Part shown: piece after piece, positions 28,114 through 48,600 of the stretch
How the letters are laid out: each line of letters starts with the position of its first letter
How positions within the stretch are numbered: position 1 is the stretch's first letter
Translations under genes and position numbers: made by a program
Notes under the pieces: model-generated
What the model saw: the letters and a program-made list of their open reading frames with translations, nothing else
Databases searched by the model: none
Told to the model about the DNA's origin: nothing
From: Eledone cirrhosa
Taxonomy: Eukaryota
Assembly: GCA_964016885.1 (NCBI GenBank)
Contig: OZ024742.1
Location: 338,396,001 to 338,460,000 of the forward strand
Length of the DNA: 64,000 nt
Reading direction: 5' to 3'

Positions 28114-29420
28114 TTCGTTGTTGGTAACGTATTGTTCGCCTCTGGACGCCAGCATGGACGCCAGTATAAAGTTCAGCATGGAACACCCCGATGACCGTGG
28201 ATCCCTATCCCTACTGGACTTCCAACTCAGGGTAACAGAGGAAGGCAACATCCACACCTGCTTCTATAAAAAATCCGCCAGCAAGGACCTGTTCGTACAT
28301 TTCAGATCGGCCCTCCCACTCGGTGCCAAGTTCGGATACATAAAGAACGAACTGGCACGTATCAAGAACAAATGCACCGACGCCAGAGACCGAGACACAC
28401 ACACCACACATTTCCTGGGAGTACTCAAACTGAACGGATACACGACATCCACCACAAACCGTGCCAGAAAGAACAGAGGACACCACACCCGAGGCACTAA
28501 CACTTGCTTCCTGAAGCTCCCACACTTCAGTGAAGAAACAACAACAGCCATCCGCAGAGCCATCAGACGAGAGGGACTGGATATCCAACTGGCCCACTCG
28601 GGTCCTTCTCTGCGCGGACGGCTGGCCAAGAGACACTCCACCAGACATGACAACTGCTGCAGACTAGCCAACTGCCCCATCAACGACACAGACCTATGCC
28701 ACCAGGCTTACGTAGTATACAGACTAGAGTGTGACAAATGCAACAACTTCTACATAGGTAGCACCACCAGACCACTCCACATAAGAATAAAAGAACACCT
28801 CAATACTAACGCTTCCTCATTTAAGAAACACCTAGTTAAATGCAAAAACACCGATAAAAACATAACAGTTAGGATAGAAACTAAGGAAAGAAACCTCGGC
28901 AATCTTAGAATTAAGGAAGCACTTATTATAGATAGAACACATCCACCAATCAATAATAGACTAGAGCTCAACACCCAATTTATAACCTGATAGGGCCTCT
29001 AGCCCCATTTTTACACACCCCACACACACGCACGCGCACACACACACGCTTACACCTCCACTTATTCTCTCTCACACATACACACACAAAACCAGTTCTA
29101 ACACCAGATAACACCTACCCCCCACTTTTACGATTAGACCTATCTTCCCACACTCACACACACACACCCACATACCTACACCTTCATGCATTCTCCCACA
29201 CACATATACAGGCACGTATATAAAATTAGAGATTTAAAGACGCTGGTTTGAGACCTTTACTTCCCTCCGAAGAAGAGATATTATCTCGAAAATTAAGGAC
29301 ATTTAAATAAATTCAAGGTGAAAGACGAATTCACATCAATATCTTTCACTATTGCATTCTTTTTTCTATGTCCATACCTGCATTGTCTTGGCCTTATTAC
29401 ACATATTCAAACGTTTATAC
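28114..29420 (+). mobile_element. 5'-truncated Penelope-like element (RT thumb + GIY-YIG + pLTR)
   Basis: ORF 28118-28990: SLLDFQL, YKKSA, VVYRLECDKCNNFYIGSTTRPLHIRIKEH, LRIKEALII. CA-rich 3' UTR with an HHR-like motif. Confidence 0.88.
29264..29298 (+). ncRNA. Minimal hammerhead motif in PLE pLTR
   Basis: CCT-CCGAAGA-A-GAGAT-ATT-ATCTC-GAAA-AT-TA-AGG. Helix III is the palindrome AATT and stem I is only 3 bp. Confidence 0.6.
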
Positions 29421-29477
29421 AATATATATATATATATATGCATATATATATATGCATATATATATATGCATATATAT

Positions 29478-29750
29478 CATCATCATCATCATCAACGTTT
29501 AACGTCCGTGTTCCACGCTTGCATGGGTTTGGACGGGGGTAGTCCCACTTGAGGCAAGAGTGATTGTCTTGCTCGCATAGGACTGTCTGGCAGGTTTTCT
29601 ACAGTTAGATACCCTTCCTAACACCAACCACATTTACAGTGTGGGTCTGGGAGGTTTTTACCGTGTTGCCTACACGGCCACATTACAGCGTGGACTGTGT
29701 GTTTTTTTGTCGTGACACCTACACGATCTCATTTGTTTCGGCCTGGATGG
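29478..29750 (-). mobile_element. RTE 3' UTR-only copy
   Basis: Matches 4457-4725 including the tail. Confidence 0.85.
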
Positions 29751-30060
29751 CATATATATATATATATATATATATGCATATATATATATATATGCATATA
29801 TATATATGCATATATATATATGCATATATATATATATGCATATATATATATGCATATATATGTGTTGGTATGTATATTTAATTTTGATAGTTTGTATAAT
29901 TTTGTATAATTTTGTACATAGATCTGTTGAATATGCATGCCAATTCTAACACATATATATCCTAGAAACGATCGTTAAATAATGAACTTTTTTTGTTTAA
30001 TATAAGGAACTGTTTCATTGTTTTATTCATTATTTTTTTAATATTTTATATATATATATA

Positions 30061-30110
<50 letters not shown>

Positions 30111-30126
30111 TATATATATATATATA

Positions 30127-30176
<50 letters not shown>

Positions 30177-30226
30177 TATTTATATATATATATATATATA
30201 TATGCATATATATATATATATATATA

Positions 30227-30302
<76 letters not shown>

Positions 30303-30326
30303 TATATATATATATATATATATATA

Positions 30327-30464
<138 letters not shown>

Positions 30465-30489
30465 TATATATCTATATATATATATATAT

Positions 30490-30866
30490 AACTTTGAAAT
30501 GTTTTGGCCAGTATTGGCCCAGGCCATGTCTAACTTAATAGCACCACCTGGCGAAGTCTTTCAATTCAGGATTTGGGCACCATGGCCCATTCGAGAAGAG
30601 AATTACTGTTTGCGGAGACATATCCGGGTGTGGGTGGTTTGTCCGGGATTACTTGGAGGAATTTGTCCAAAGACTTCTTGAATTTTGTGTGGTCAGTTTC
30701 TGTTTTGACGTGTCCTCGTGTGCTGTTGAAGAGAGCAGGGCCAATTGAGGTGAAATAATTGTGCCGTATTGTTGTTATGAGTTGCGATTTACATTTTTGT
30801 ATGGGACGGATAGCACGGGGCCCAAGCCTTGGGTGTATCTTGAAGGCGATGCCAACATAATTTGGG
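30490..30866 (-). mobile_element. LINE 3' end fragment (CR1/Jockey-group-like) inside TA tract
   Basis: IGPALFN...[27 protein letters not shown]. Confidence 0.65.
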
Positions 30867-34335
<3,469 letters not shown>

Positions 34336-34397
34336 TATATATATGTATATATATATATATGCATATATATATATATATGCATATATATATATATATA

Positions 34398-34435
<38 letters not shown>

Positions 34436-34437
<2 letters not shown>

Positions 34438-35205
34438 GTTTCTGAATTTGTTTAGCAAGATTCTTTATCTGAAATCGTGTGTTGAAACCGATATTGTTAT
34501 ACTTTGGGAGGGTCATGTTGCCAATAAGAAACACACGCACCAGTTGCTTTCACTTCAATTTATTATATATTTATAAATTTATAAACTTATAAATTTCTGG
34601 TTGGTTGGTTGGTTGGTTCCAAAGACCCTCATGTATAGATAAGAAATGTATAACCTGTAAAATAAGCCCCCATATTAACTGTAAAACTAGAAATGTAGTG
34701 TATAGCATAAGATGTACTGAAGGACAATGTAGAAACAAAAATATAGTGTACATAGGTGAGACAGCTCGTAGTATAGGGGAACGAATAAATGAACACTGGC
34801 GAGACCTCCAAGATAATAAAGAATCATCTGTGCTCTACCAACAGGCTAAGATAGAACACAGGGGTAGATTAGAGAGCATAGAAATAAAAATAGAATCCAC
34901 ACACAGAAAAGACGCAATGTTTAGGCAAATTACAGAGGCAATAAACATAAAAGAATTACAACCAAAATTAAATAGAAAATATGAGTGGAACAGCAACATC
35001 ACAACTTACAATTAAGGACAAAATGAAAACGCACACACACATAGAACAAACAACTTACAATTAAGGACAAAATGAAAACACACACAAAATGAAAACACAC
35101 ACAGGACAAAATGAAAACACACACACACATAGAACAAACAACCAACCAACAATAAATAAATAAATAAATAAACAAATAAACAAATAGATAAATGAACACA
35201 AACAC
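34436..35205 (+). mobile_element. PLE 3' fragment (GIY-YIG) preceded by an inverted pLTR piece
   Basis: 34620-35015: NCKTRNVVYSIRC...YIGETARSIGERINEH...RQITEAINI...LNRKYEW, related to 39980-40150. 34436-34620 is a minus-strand part of the 290-bp module. Confidence 0.82.
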
Positions 35206-35271
35206 ACGCCAGATAGTTGAACGTTCGAAAGTATATACTTTCCTTATGAAAATTAACGGCTTATGAAAATT

Positions 35272-36577
35272 AACGTTCAACTATCTGGCAGATGGGTAAA
35301 CGGTGCTGATGATAGCTAACAAGCTTGAAACTAGTACATCGTTCCTGTGTTAGTGTTGAACAAAAAGGTGACGTGGTTGCCTTAACACCGTATGGCATAA
35401 ATTCAGGCTGTTCAGTTTGTTTACAAACGAACAAAGCGACGTTAGCGCCGATAAACTGATACGTGCATATATGTATGTGTACCTGTATGCATATGTATAT
35501 ATATATGTATATATATATATATATGTGCATGCTACTGTACGTCTGTATACATATATGTATGTACGTATACATGCATACTTACATTTAAGTAAGTGCCATA
35601 CTAAGAGTGAGAAATGAAATTTCGTTTTCATTTTGTTTCAATTTATCGTTTTCGGTATGCCTGACCGATTTAACTCACTCAATATGCAAATTAGGCTGCT
35701 CAGCCGTTAATTTTCATAAGGAAAGTATATACTTTCGAACGTTCAACTATCTGGCAGATGGGTAAACGGTGCTGATGATAGCTAACAAGCTTGAAACTAG
35801 TACATCGTTCCTGTGTTAGTGTTGAACAAAAAGGTGACGTGGTTGCCTTAACACCGTATGGCATAAATTCAGGCTGTTCAGTTTGTTTACAAACGAACAA
35901 AGCGACGTTAGCGCCGATAAACTGATACGTGCATATATGTATGTGTACCTGTATGCATATGTATATATATATGTATATATATATATATATGTGCATGCTA
36001 CTGTACGTCTGTATACATATATGTATGTACGTATACATGCATACTTACATTTAAGTAAGTGCCATACTAAGAGTGAGAAATGAAATTTCGTTTTCATTTT
36101 GTTTCAATTTATCGTTTTCGGTATGCCTGACCGATTTAACTCACTCAATATGCAAATTAGGCTGCTCAGCCGTTAATTTTCATAAGGAAAGTATATACTT
36201 TCGAACGTTCAACTATCTGGCAGATGGGTAAACGGTGCTGATGATAGCTAACAAGCTTGAAACTAGTACATCGTTCCTGTGTTAGTGTTGAACAAAAAGG
36301 TGACGTGGTTGCCTTAACACCGTATGGCATAAATTCAGGCTGTTCAGTTTGTTTACAAACGAACAAAGCGACGTTAGCGCCGATAAACTGATACGTGCAT
36401 ATATGTATGTGTACCTGTATGCATATGTATATATATATGTATATATATATATATATGTGCATGCTACTGTACGTCTGTATACATATATGTATGTACGTAT
36501 ACATGCATACTTACATTTAAGTAAGTGCCATACTAAGAGTGAGAAATGAAATTTCGTTTTCATTTTGTTTCAATTTA
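35272..36577 (+). repeat. 466-bp HHR-containing tandem repeat (retrozyme-like), ~2.8 units
   Basis: Period 466 from repeated short ORFs. HHRs at 35299-35343, 35765-35809 and 36231-36275. Short inverted piece at 35208-35260. Confidence 0.9.
35299..35343 (+). ncRNA. Type I hammerhead ribozyme of the 466/468-bp unit
   Basis: AACGGTG-CTGATGA-T-AGCT-AACA-AGCT-T-GAAA-CTAG-TA-CATCGTT. Predicted cut after GUA at 35336. Confidence 0.87.
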
Positions 36578-36657
36578 TATATATATGCATATATATATAT
36601 ATATATATATATGCATATATATATATATATATATATATGCATATATATATATATATA

Positions 36658-36691
<34 letters not shown>

Positions 36692-36818
36692 TATATATAT
36701 ATATATATATATATGCATATATATATATATATATATATATGCATATATATATATATATATATATATGCATATATATATATATATATGCATATATATATAT
36801 ATATATATATATGCATAT

Positions 36819-36849
<31 letters not shown>

Positions 36850-37154
36850 GCATATATATATATATATATATATGCATATATATATATATATATATATATG
36901 CATATATATATATATATATATGCATATATATATATATATATATATGCATATATATATATATATATATATGCATATATATATATATATATATATGCATATA
37001 TATATATATATATATATGCATATATATATATATATATATGCATATATATATATATATATATGCATATATATATATATATATATGCATATATATATATATA
37101 TATATATGCATATATATATATATATATATATATGCATATATATATATATATATA

Positions 37155-37188
<34 letters not shown>

Positions 37189-37223
37189 AAAAAACTATAT
37201 ATGCATATATATATATATATATA

Positions 37224-37259
<36 letters not shown>

Positions 37260-37261
<2 letters not shown>

Positions 37262-40150
37262 AAAAAACTACAAGAAAGGAAAATCGAATATTCTCAAAAA
37301 TACCCAGATAACATCGACAACATCCGTATGAGTGATGTAAAACTACTGGAAGAATTTACCAATGACCACACAGTAAATATCTATGGGAACACTTTAATCA
37401 GTGAACAAGAACAACAAATCCTAAAGTTACCACCAAAATTTGCCATCTACAAAAAGATTAACCCTATGGAATGGAAAACGGAGCTGGAAAAAAAAGTGTT
37501 TCACAAAAATACGTTGGAATGCAAAGGTAAACAACAACAACAATAATAACGGTAGTAGTAATATAAACAATTACTCTGGGTATAGAAATAACAGCCATAA
37601 CCATAACAATGGCAGGAAAGTGAGAAATAGTGATAATGGCAATAATACTAGCGATAGACAGAACAACAACAACCACAATAATAATAATAATAGAAACGTT
37701 AACCACAGACACAGCAACAGTGCCCACAGTAGTAATAACGGTAACAATACGAACAACAACAATAACCACAGTGGTAATAATGGAAATAGTACATGTAGCA
37801 ACATCAACAAAAACAAGAAACATAATAATAGTAACAACCACAATGGTAGAAATAGCAGTAACAACAACAACAATAACGGTGAAGTAAACAACAATACATC
37901 TAGCAATCATAACAATAATAATATTAATGCTAATGATAGAAACAACAACAACCACCATGATAACAATAATAGCAACACACACAACTATGACGATAGAAAT
38001 AACGACAACCCCTTAGAGAAACTATTTTTCAACCCAGCTGACAAAACATATAAGATGGGTAATATCTATCCTACGAGGTTACCCTTTAATAAAAGAGTTT
38101 GCATACCACAGCAAATAGATGACGAGACGGAGGCACAGTTCACCATAGCTAGAAATAAGATTAGACAAGTAGTAGACAGGTACACTATGAGACAGAGCAG
38201 ACCAGAGGCCCAACAACTTGGGATAAAACCTGTAGAAGGCTTGGTTAGCCTCAAGCAGCGCACAAGCGATGGTGAGGTAGTGTGTCTACCCACAGATAAG
38301 TCTGGTAGGATGTCAATAGATAGCATGCCGAACTACATCGAGGCAATGCAACCCCACATCACCAACACGAGCGAAGTTGCACAACTAACACACGATGGGA
38401 GAGAAAAAATCCTCAACGCTCACATGATGATGTGGACTGACATCCTAAAGCCAAGCAGACGCACTGCCAACAACTTCCAGGCGTCTAACAATGGCATACC
38501 ACCCTTGTATGGGCTCCGCAAGGACCACAAGACAGTCGACGACCCGACAACAGGACCACCAACAAGACCCATATGTGGAGCTAATATAGCTAGCAACTAC
38601 AGGATCTCCTACTTCCTCTCAATGGTTATACGCCCCATAATCAAGATGTCCCCAGATGTATGTGAAAGTACAGAGGACCTCCTCAGCAGAATCAGTGAGT
38701 GCAACAAAAACAGGAGCCTATCCAACTGCATAATAGGCAGCATGGATGTGGTGTCACTGTACCCATCCATTAACATTGATTTTGCTGTGAAAAGATGTGT
38801 GGAGATGATCATTGAGAGTGAGGTGGAGTTCTGCGACGTCGACACAGACGAACTGGGCCTCCTACTTAGACTTACCTACGACACTGACTACCTAGACAGC
38901 CATGACCTTAGATGTTTCTGCCCTAGTAGACCTATAAGAGGTAGACCCCCCACCATAACCTCAATGGCTAAAAAGACTCCCATAGGAAGGTGGATTGGGT
39001 GGACCAAAGCTATACGGACCCCCCAAAACACTGATCAGGTAAGAAAAATGGTCGCACATGCAATAGGAGCTAGTATCAAAACTACCCTAAAGGGCCACAT
39101 ATTTAAGTTCAATGAGAAAATCTACACCCAAAATGAGGGAGCAGCCATCGGCGTCAGCATAGCTGGTGATGTTGCCAACCTTTTCATGGTATGGTGGGAA
39201 AGGAGACTTAAAGATCTCCTTAATGAAAGCTCCATAGACCTCATCATGTACTCTCGTTATGTAGACGATATCAATATAGTTATAAGAACACCCCCACTAG
39301 AGAGCACTAACAAGTTTGATTTAGAACGTAGCACGATGGAAAGCATCCAGCAGATAGCTAATTCCATACACCAGAGTATAACTGTAACTATAGACTTCCC
39401 TTCCAAACACCCTAACAATAGACTACCTGTATTAGACACAGAACTCTGGATTAACACTATAGACGAGAGAGCCCAAATTCTCCACTCACACTATGCTAAA
39501 CCCATGGCCTCCAAATCTCAAAAACTCAGCAATGTCCAGTAGTGCTAAGTTTAATATTCTGATCGCAGATTTGGTACGAGTGATGAAGAATGTGTCCAGC
39601 ATGTGCGACCCAACAGAAATGGAAGGACACATCCAACACTTCATCAACCGCATGCAGTTCTCTGGCTACAACCAAAGAGACAGAGTCAGAGTATACGAAG
39701 GAGCCATGGAAAAGTATAAGACCCTCATAGAACTGGACATGAAAGGAATTTGCCCACTATACAGGAGCAAATCATGGAATAGCTTAGATAGGGCTAGACA
39801 TAAGATAGGGAAGGCCACATCATGGTACGACAACCAGAGATATCAGAGTGTCATGTTTGTGGACGCCACCCCTGGAGGGAAATTAGCTAACCAGTGTAGA
39901 AAGGCCTGAGAAAGACCCACTTAAAAATAAAGGTGGTAGAAAAGCCAGGAACCACCATAAAATCCCTGATCAGCAAAACCTACCCTTTTAAGAAAACCCA
40001 CTGTACCAATAGGAAATGTATCATTTGTAAGGTGAACCCTGGATAAACTGTAAAACTAGAAACGTAGTCTATAGCATAAGATGTACAGAGGGTACTTGCA
40101 GAAACATGACAACAACATACATAGGTGAGACAGCTCGTAGCATAGGTGAA
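37260..40150 (+). mobile_element. Penelope-like element (possibly Neptune-like), frameshifted, cut by the gap
   Basis: TDKSG, LYGLRKDHK, RPICGA, SMDVVSLYPSI, GAAIG, RYVDD, LPVLD, then GIY-YIG YIGETARSIGE. Frameshifts near 37490 and 39520 and a stop at 39907. Clade assignment is tentative. Confidence 0.88.
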
Positions 40151-40350
40151 NNNNNNNNNNNNNNNNNNNNNNNNNNNNNNNNNNNNNNNNNNNNNNNNNN
40201 NNNNNNNNNNNNNNNNNNNNNNNNNNNNNNNNNNNNNNNNNNNNNNNNNNNNNNNNNNNNNNNNNNNNNNNNNNNNNNNNNNNNNNNNNNNNNNNNNNNN
40301 NNNNNNNNNNNNNNNNNNNNNNNNNNNNNNNNNNNNNNNNNNNNNNNNNN
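40151..40350. other. Assembly gap (200 N)
   Basis: Run of N. Confidence 1.
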
Positions 40351-41937
40351 TGGGGAGATCAGGTGCGGGCTGTTTGAGGAACTGGATGTTGAGACAGAGC
40401 CCTTCACCAGAGAGGAGCTTCAGAGAGCCAAGAAGAAGATCAAGGAGGGCAAGGCTCATGGAGAAGATGGAGTAGCATCAGAGGTGATGAAGTTGTGTGA
40501 TTTTGATGATATTCATCCTGGGGTTCTGTAACGGGGCACTGGAGAAAGGAGTTGCCCCGAATCAGTGGAGGATCAGTACATCGTCCCAGTGCCAAAGAAG
40601 GGAGATCTCTCTAACACCAACAACTACCGAGGGATCTCACTGACGTCACTTGTGGCAAAGACCCTCAACAGGATGATTCTTAACAGGATCCAGCCCTGAG
40701 ATGGAGAAGAAGCTCAGGGACAACCAGAACGGCTTCAGAGAGGTAGATCAACCACCAGTCACATCCTGATGCTGAGGAGGATATTAGAGGGAGCTAGAGC
40801 AAAGTGCCTTCCTGCGGTCATGGTTTTCATTGACTTTAGGAAGGCCTTTGATTCTGTGGACCGTTACTGCCTGATGAAGATCTTACAGGCTTATGGAATC
40901 CCCAAGAGGATAGTGGACCTGATATCACTGCTCTACACCAACACCAAAGCCCAAGTCATTACACCTGATGGGATGACAGAGTTCTTTGAGATACTGGCTG
41001 GAGTGCTCCAGGGAGATACATTGGCTCCCTACCTTTTTATCATCGTAGTGGACTATTGTATGCGCCTTGCACTGGAGAAACACCAGGACTCTGGCTTTAA
41101 CTGTAGCACCGGCTCAGAGCAGGAGAGTTGGGGCGAAAAAGGTATCGGATGCTGAATTTGCCGACGACATAGTTTTGGTGACAAATACAGTGAAGGAGGC
41201 AGAGGATTTGATGCGGGAGGTTGAGACTGTGTCGATGAGTGTGGGGCTGAGAATGAATGAGACTAAAACAAAATATCTGGTAGAGAATGTTGAGAAGCCA
41301 GAGGGGATCACTAATGTAGGCGGGAAGCCGCTGGAATTGGTTGAGGACTTCCTGTATTTGGGAGCAAAGATTGGGAATACGGAAGATGATGTGGTTGAGA
41401 GGAAGAGCAAGGCCTGGGCGGCGTGCCAGGCGGCGTGCCACAGCTTGAGATCGGTGTGGAAGTCGGACCTTCGTAGAGACCTGAAAATCCGCCTCTTCAT
41501 TGCTGTAGTGGAGTCTGTGCTGCTGTATGGGTCTGAGACTTGGACACTGACCAAGAGACTCACTCAGATGGTGGATGGGTGCTACACGAGAATGCTGAGG
41601 ATGGCTCTGAACATTAATCAGTATACACTGAGGATGAAAAACTCAGAGCTGTATGGGAGCCTCCCAAAAGTCAGCTCAAAAGTGACACAGAGGAGACTGA
41701 GGTTGGCTGGACATGCTCACCGACATCCAGAGTTGACATTGCACTCCGTGCTCCTTTGGGAGCCCCTACATGGACACACTGGAAGAGGAAGACCAAGGTT
41801 AACATATGTTGATGCCCTAAGGACAGACACTGGTCTGTTGGAGACGCAGGACATGGCAGCGATAATGAGGGACAGAGATCGCTGGAGAGAACTCGTCCAT
41901 GGATCTCGGGAATTTTACCCGCCTTAGATAGATAGAT
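40351..41937 (+). mobile_element. RTE-group LINE 3' half (second family), (TAGA)n tail
   Basis: NYRGISL, FIDFRKAFDSV, GVLQGDTLAP, FADD, LLYGSETWTL, RGRP. Several frameshifts. Confidence 0.88.
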
Positions 41938-45634
<3,697 letters not shown>

Positions 45635-48600
45635 TAAATTGAAACAAAATGAAAACGAAATTTCATTTCTCACTCTTAGTATGGCACTTACTTAAATGTA
45701 AGTATGCATGTATACGTACATACATATATGTATACAGACGTACAGTAGCATGCACATATATATATATATATATACATATATACATACATATGCATACAGG
45801 TACACATACATATATGCACGTATCAGTTTAGCGGCGCTAACGTCGCTTTGTTCGTTTGTAAACAAACTGAACAGCCTGAATTTATGCCATACGGTGTTAA
45901 GGCAACCACGTCACCTTTTTGTTCAACACTGACACAGGAACGATGTACTAGTTTCAAGCTTGTTAGCTATCATCAGCACCGTTTACCCATCTGCCAGATA
46001 GTTGAACGTTCGAAAGTATATACTTTCCTTATGAAAATTAACGGCTGAGCAGCCTAATTTGCATATTGAGTGAGTTAAATCGGTCAGGCATACCGAAAAC
46101 GATAAATTGAAACAAAATGAAAACGAAATTTCATTTCTCACTCTTAGTATGGCACTTACTTAAATGTAAGTATGCATGTATACGTACATACATATATGTA
46201 TACAGACGTACAGTAGCATGCACATATATATATATATATATACATATATACATACATATGCATACAGGTACACATACATATATGCACGTATCAGTTTAGC
46301 GGCGCTAACGTCGCTTTGTTCGTTTGTAAACAAACTGAACAGCCTGAATTTATGCCATACGGTGTTAAGGCAACCACGTCACCTTTTTGTTCAACACTGA
46401 CACAGGAACGATGTACTAGTTTCAAGCTTGTTAGCTATCATCAGCACCGTTTACCCATCTGCCAGATAGTTGAACGTTCGAAAGTATATACTTTCCTTAT
46501 GAAAATTAACGGCTGAGCAGCCTAATTTGCATATTGAGTGAGTTAAATCGGTCAGGCATACCGAAAACGATAAATTGAAACAAAATGAAAACGAAATTTC
46601 ATTTCTCACTCTTAGTATGGCACTTACTTAAATGTAAGTATGCATGTATACGTACATACATATATGTATACAGACGTACAGTAGCATGCACATATATATA
46701 TATATATATACATATATACATACATATGCATACAGGTACACATACATATATGCACGTATCAGTTTAGCGGCGCTAACGTCGCTTTGTTCGTTTGTAAACA
46801 AACTGAACAGCCTGAATTTATGCCATACGGTGTTAAGGCAACCACGTCACCTTTTTGTTCAACACTGACACAGGAACGATGTACTAGTTTCAAGCTTGTT
46901 AGCTATCATCAGCACCGTTTACCCATCTGCCAGATAGTTGAACGTTCGAAAGTATATACTTTCCTTATGAAAATTAACGGCTGAGCAGCCTAATTTGCAT
47001 ATTGAGTGAGTTAAATCGGTCAGGCATACCGAAAACGATAAATTGAAACAAAATGAAAACGAAATTTCATTTCTCACTCTTAGTATGGCACTTACTTAAA
47101 TGTAAGTATGCATGTATACGTACATACATATATGTATACAGACGTACAGTAGCATGCACATATATATATATATATATACATATATACATACATATGCATA
47201 CAGGTACACATACATATATGCACGTATCAGTTTAGCGGCGCTAACGTCGCTTTGTTCGTTTGTAAACAAACTGAACAGCCTGAATTTATGCCATACGGTG
47301 TTAAGGCAACCACGTCACCTTTTTGTTCAACACTGACACAGGAACGATGTACTAGTTTCAACCTTGTTAGCTATCATCAGCACCGTTTACCCATCTGCCA
47401 GATAGTTGAACGTTCGAAAGTATATACTTTCCTTATGAAAATTAACGGCTGAGCAGCCTAATTTGCATATTGAGTGAGTTAAATCGGTCAGGCATACCGA
47501 AAACGATAAATTGAAACAAAATGAAAACGAAATTTCATTTCTCACTCTTAGTATGGCACTTACTTAAATGTAAGTATGCATGTATACGTACATACATATA
47601 TGTATACAGACGTACAGTAGCATGCACATATATATATATATATATACATATATACATACATATGCATACAGGTACACATACATATATGCACGTATCAGTT
47701 TATCGGCGCTAACGTCGCTTTGTTCGTTTGTAAACAAACTGAACAGCCTGAATTTATGCCATACGGTGTTAAGGCAACCACGTCACCTTTTTGTTCAACA
47801 CTGACACAGGAACGATGTACTAGTTTCAAGCTTGTTAGCTATCATCAGCACCGTTTACCCATCTGCCAGATAGTTGAACGTTCGAAAGTATATACTTTCC
47901 TTATGAAAATTAACGGCTGAGCAGCCTAATTTGCATATTGAGTGAGTTAAATCGGTCAGGCATACCGAAAACGATAAATTGAAACAAAATGAAAACGAAA
48001 TTTCATTTCTCACTCTTAGTATGGCACTTACTTAAATGTAAGTATGCATGTATACGTACATACATATATGTATACAGACGTACAGTAGCATGCACATATA
48101 TATATATATATATACATATATACATACATATGCATACAGGTACACATACATATATGCACGTATCAGTTTAGCGGCGCTAACGTCGCTTTGTTCGTTTGTA
48201 AACAAACTGAACAGCCTGAATTTATGCCATACGGTGTTAAGGCAACCACGTCACCTTTTTGTTCAACACTGACACAGGAACGATGTACTAGTTTCAAGCT
48301 TGTTAGCTATCATCAGCACCGTTTACCCATCTGCCAGATAGTTGAACGTTCGAAAGTATATACTTTCCTTATGAAAATTAACGGCTGAGCAGCCTAATTT
48401 GCATATTGAGTGAGTTAAATCGGTCAGGCATACCGAAAACGATAAATTGAAACAAAATGAAAACGAAATTTCATTTCTCACTCTTAGTATGGCACTTACT
48501 TAAATGTAAGTATGCATGTATACGTACATACATATATGTATACAGACGTACAGTAGCATGCACATATATATATATATATATACATATATACATACATATG

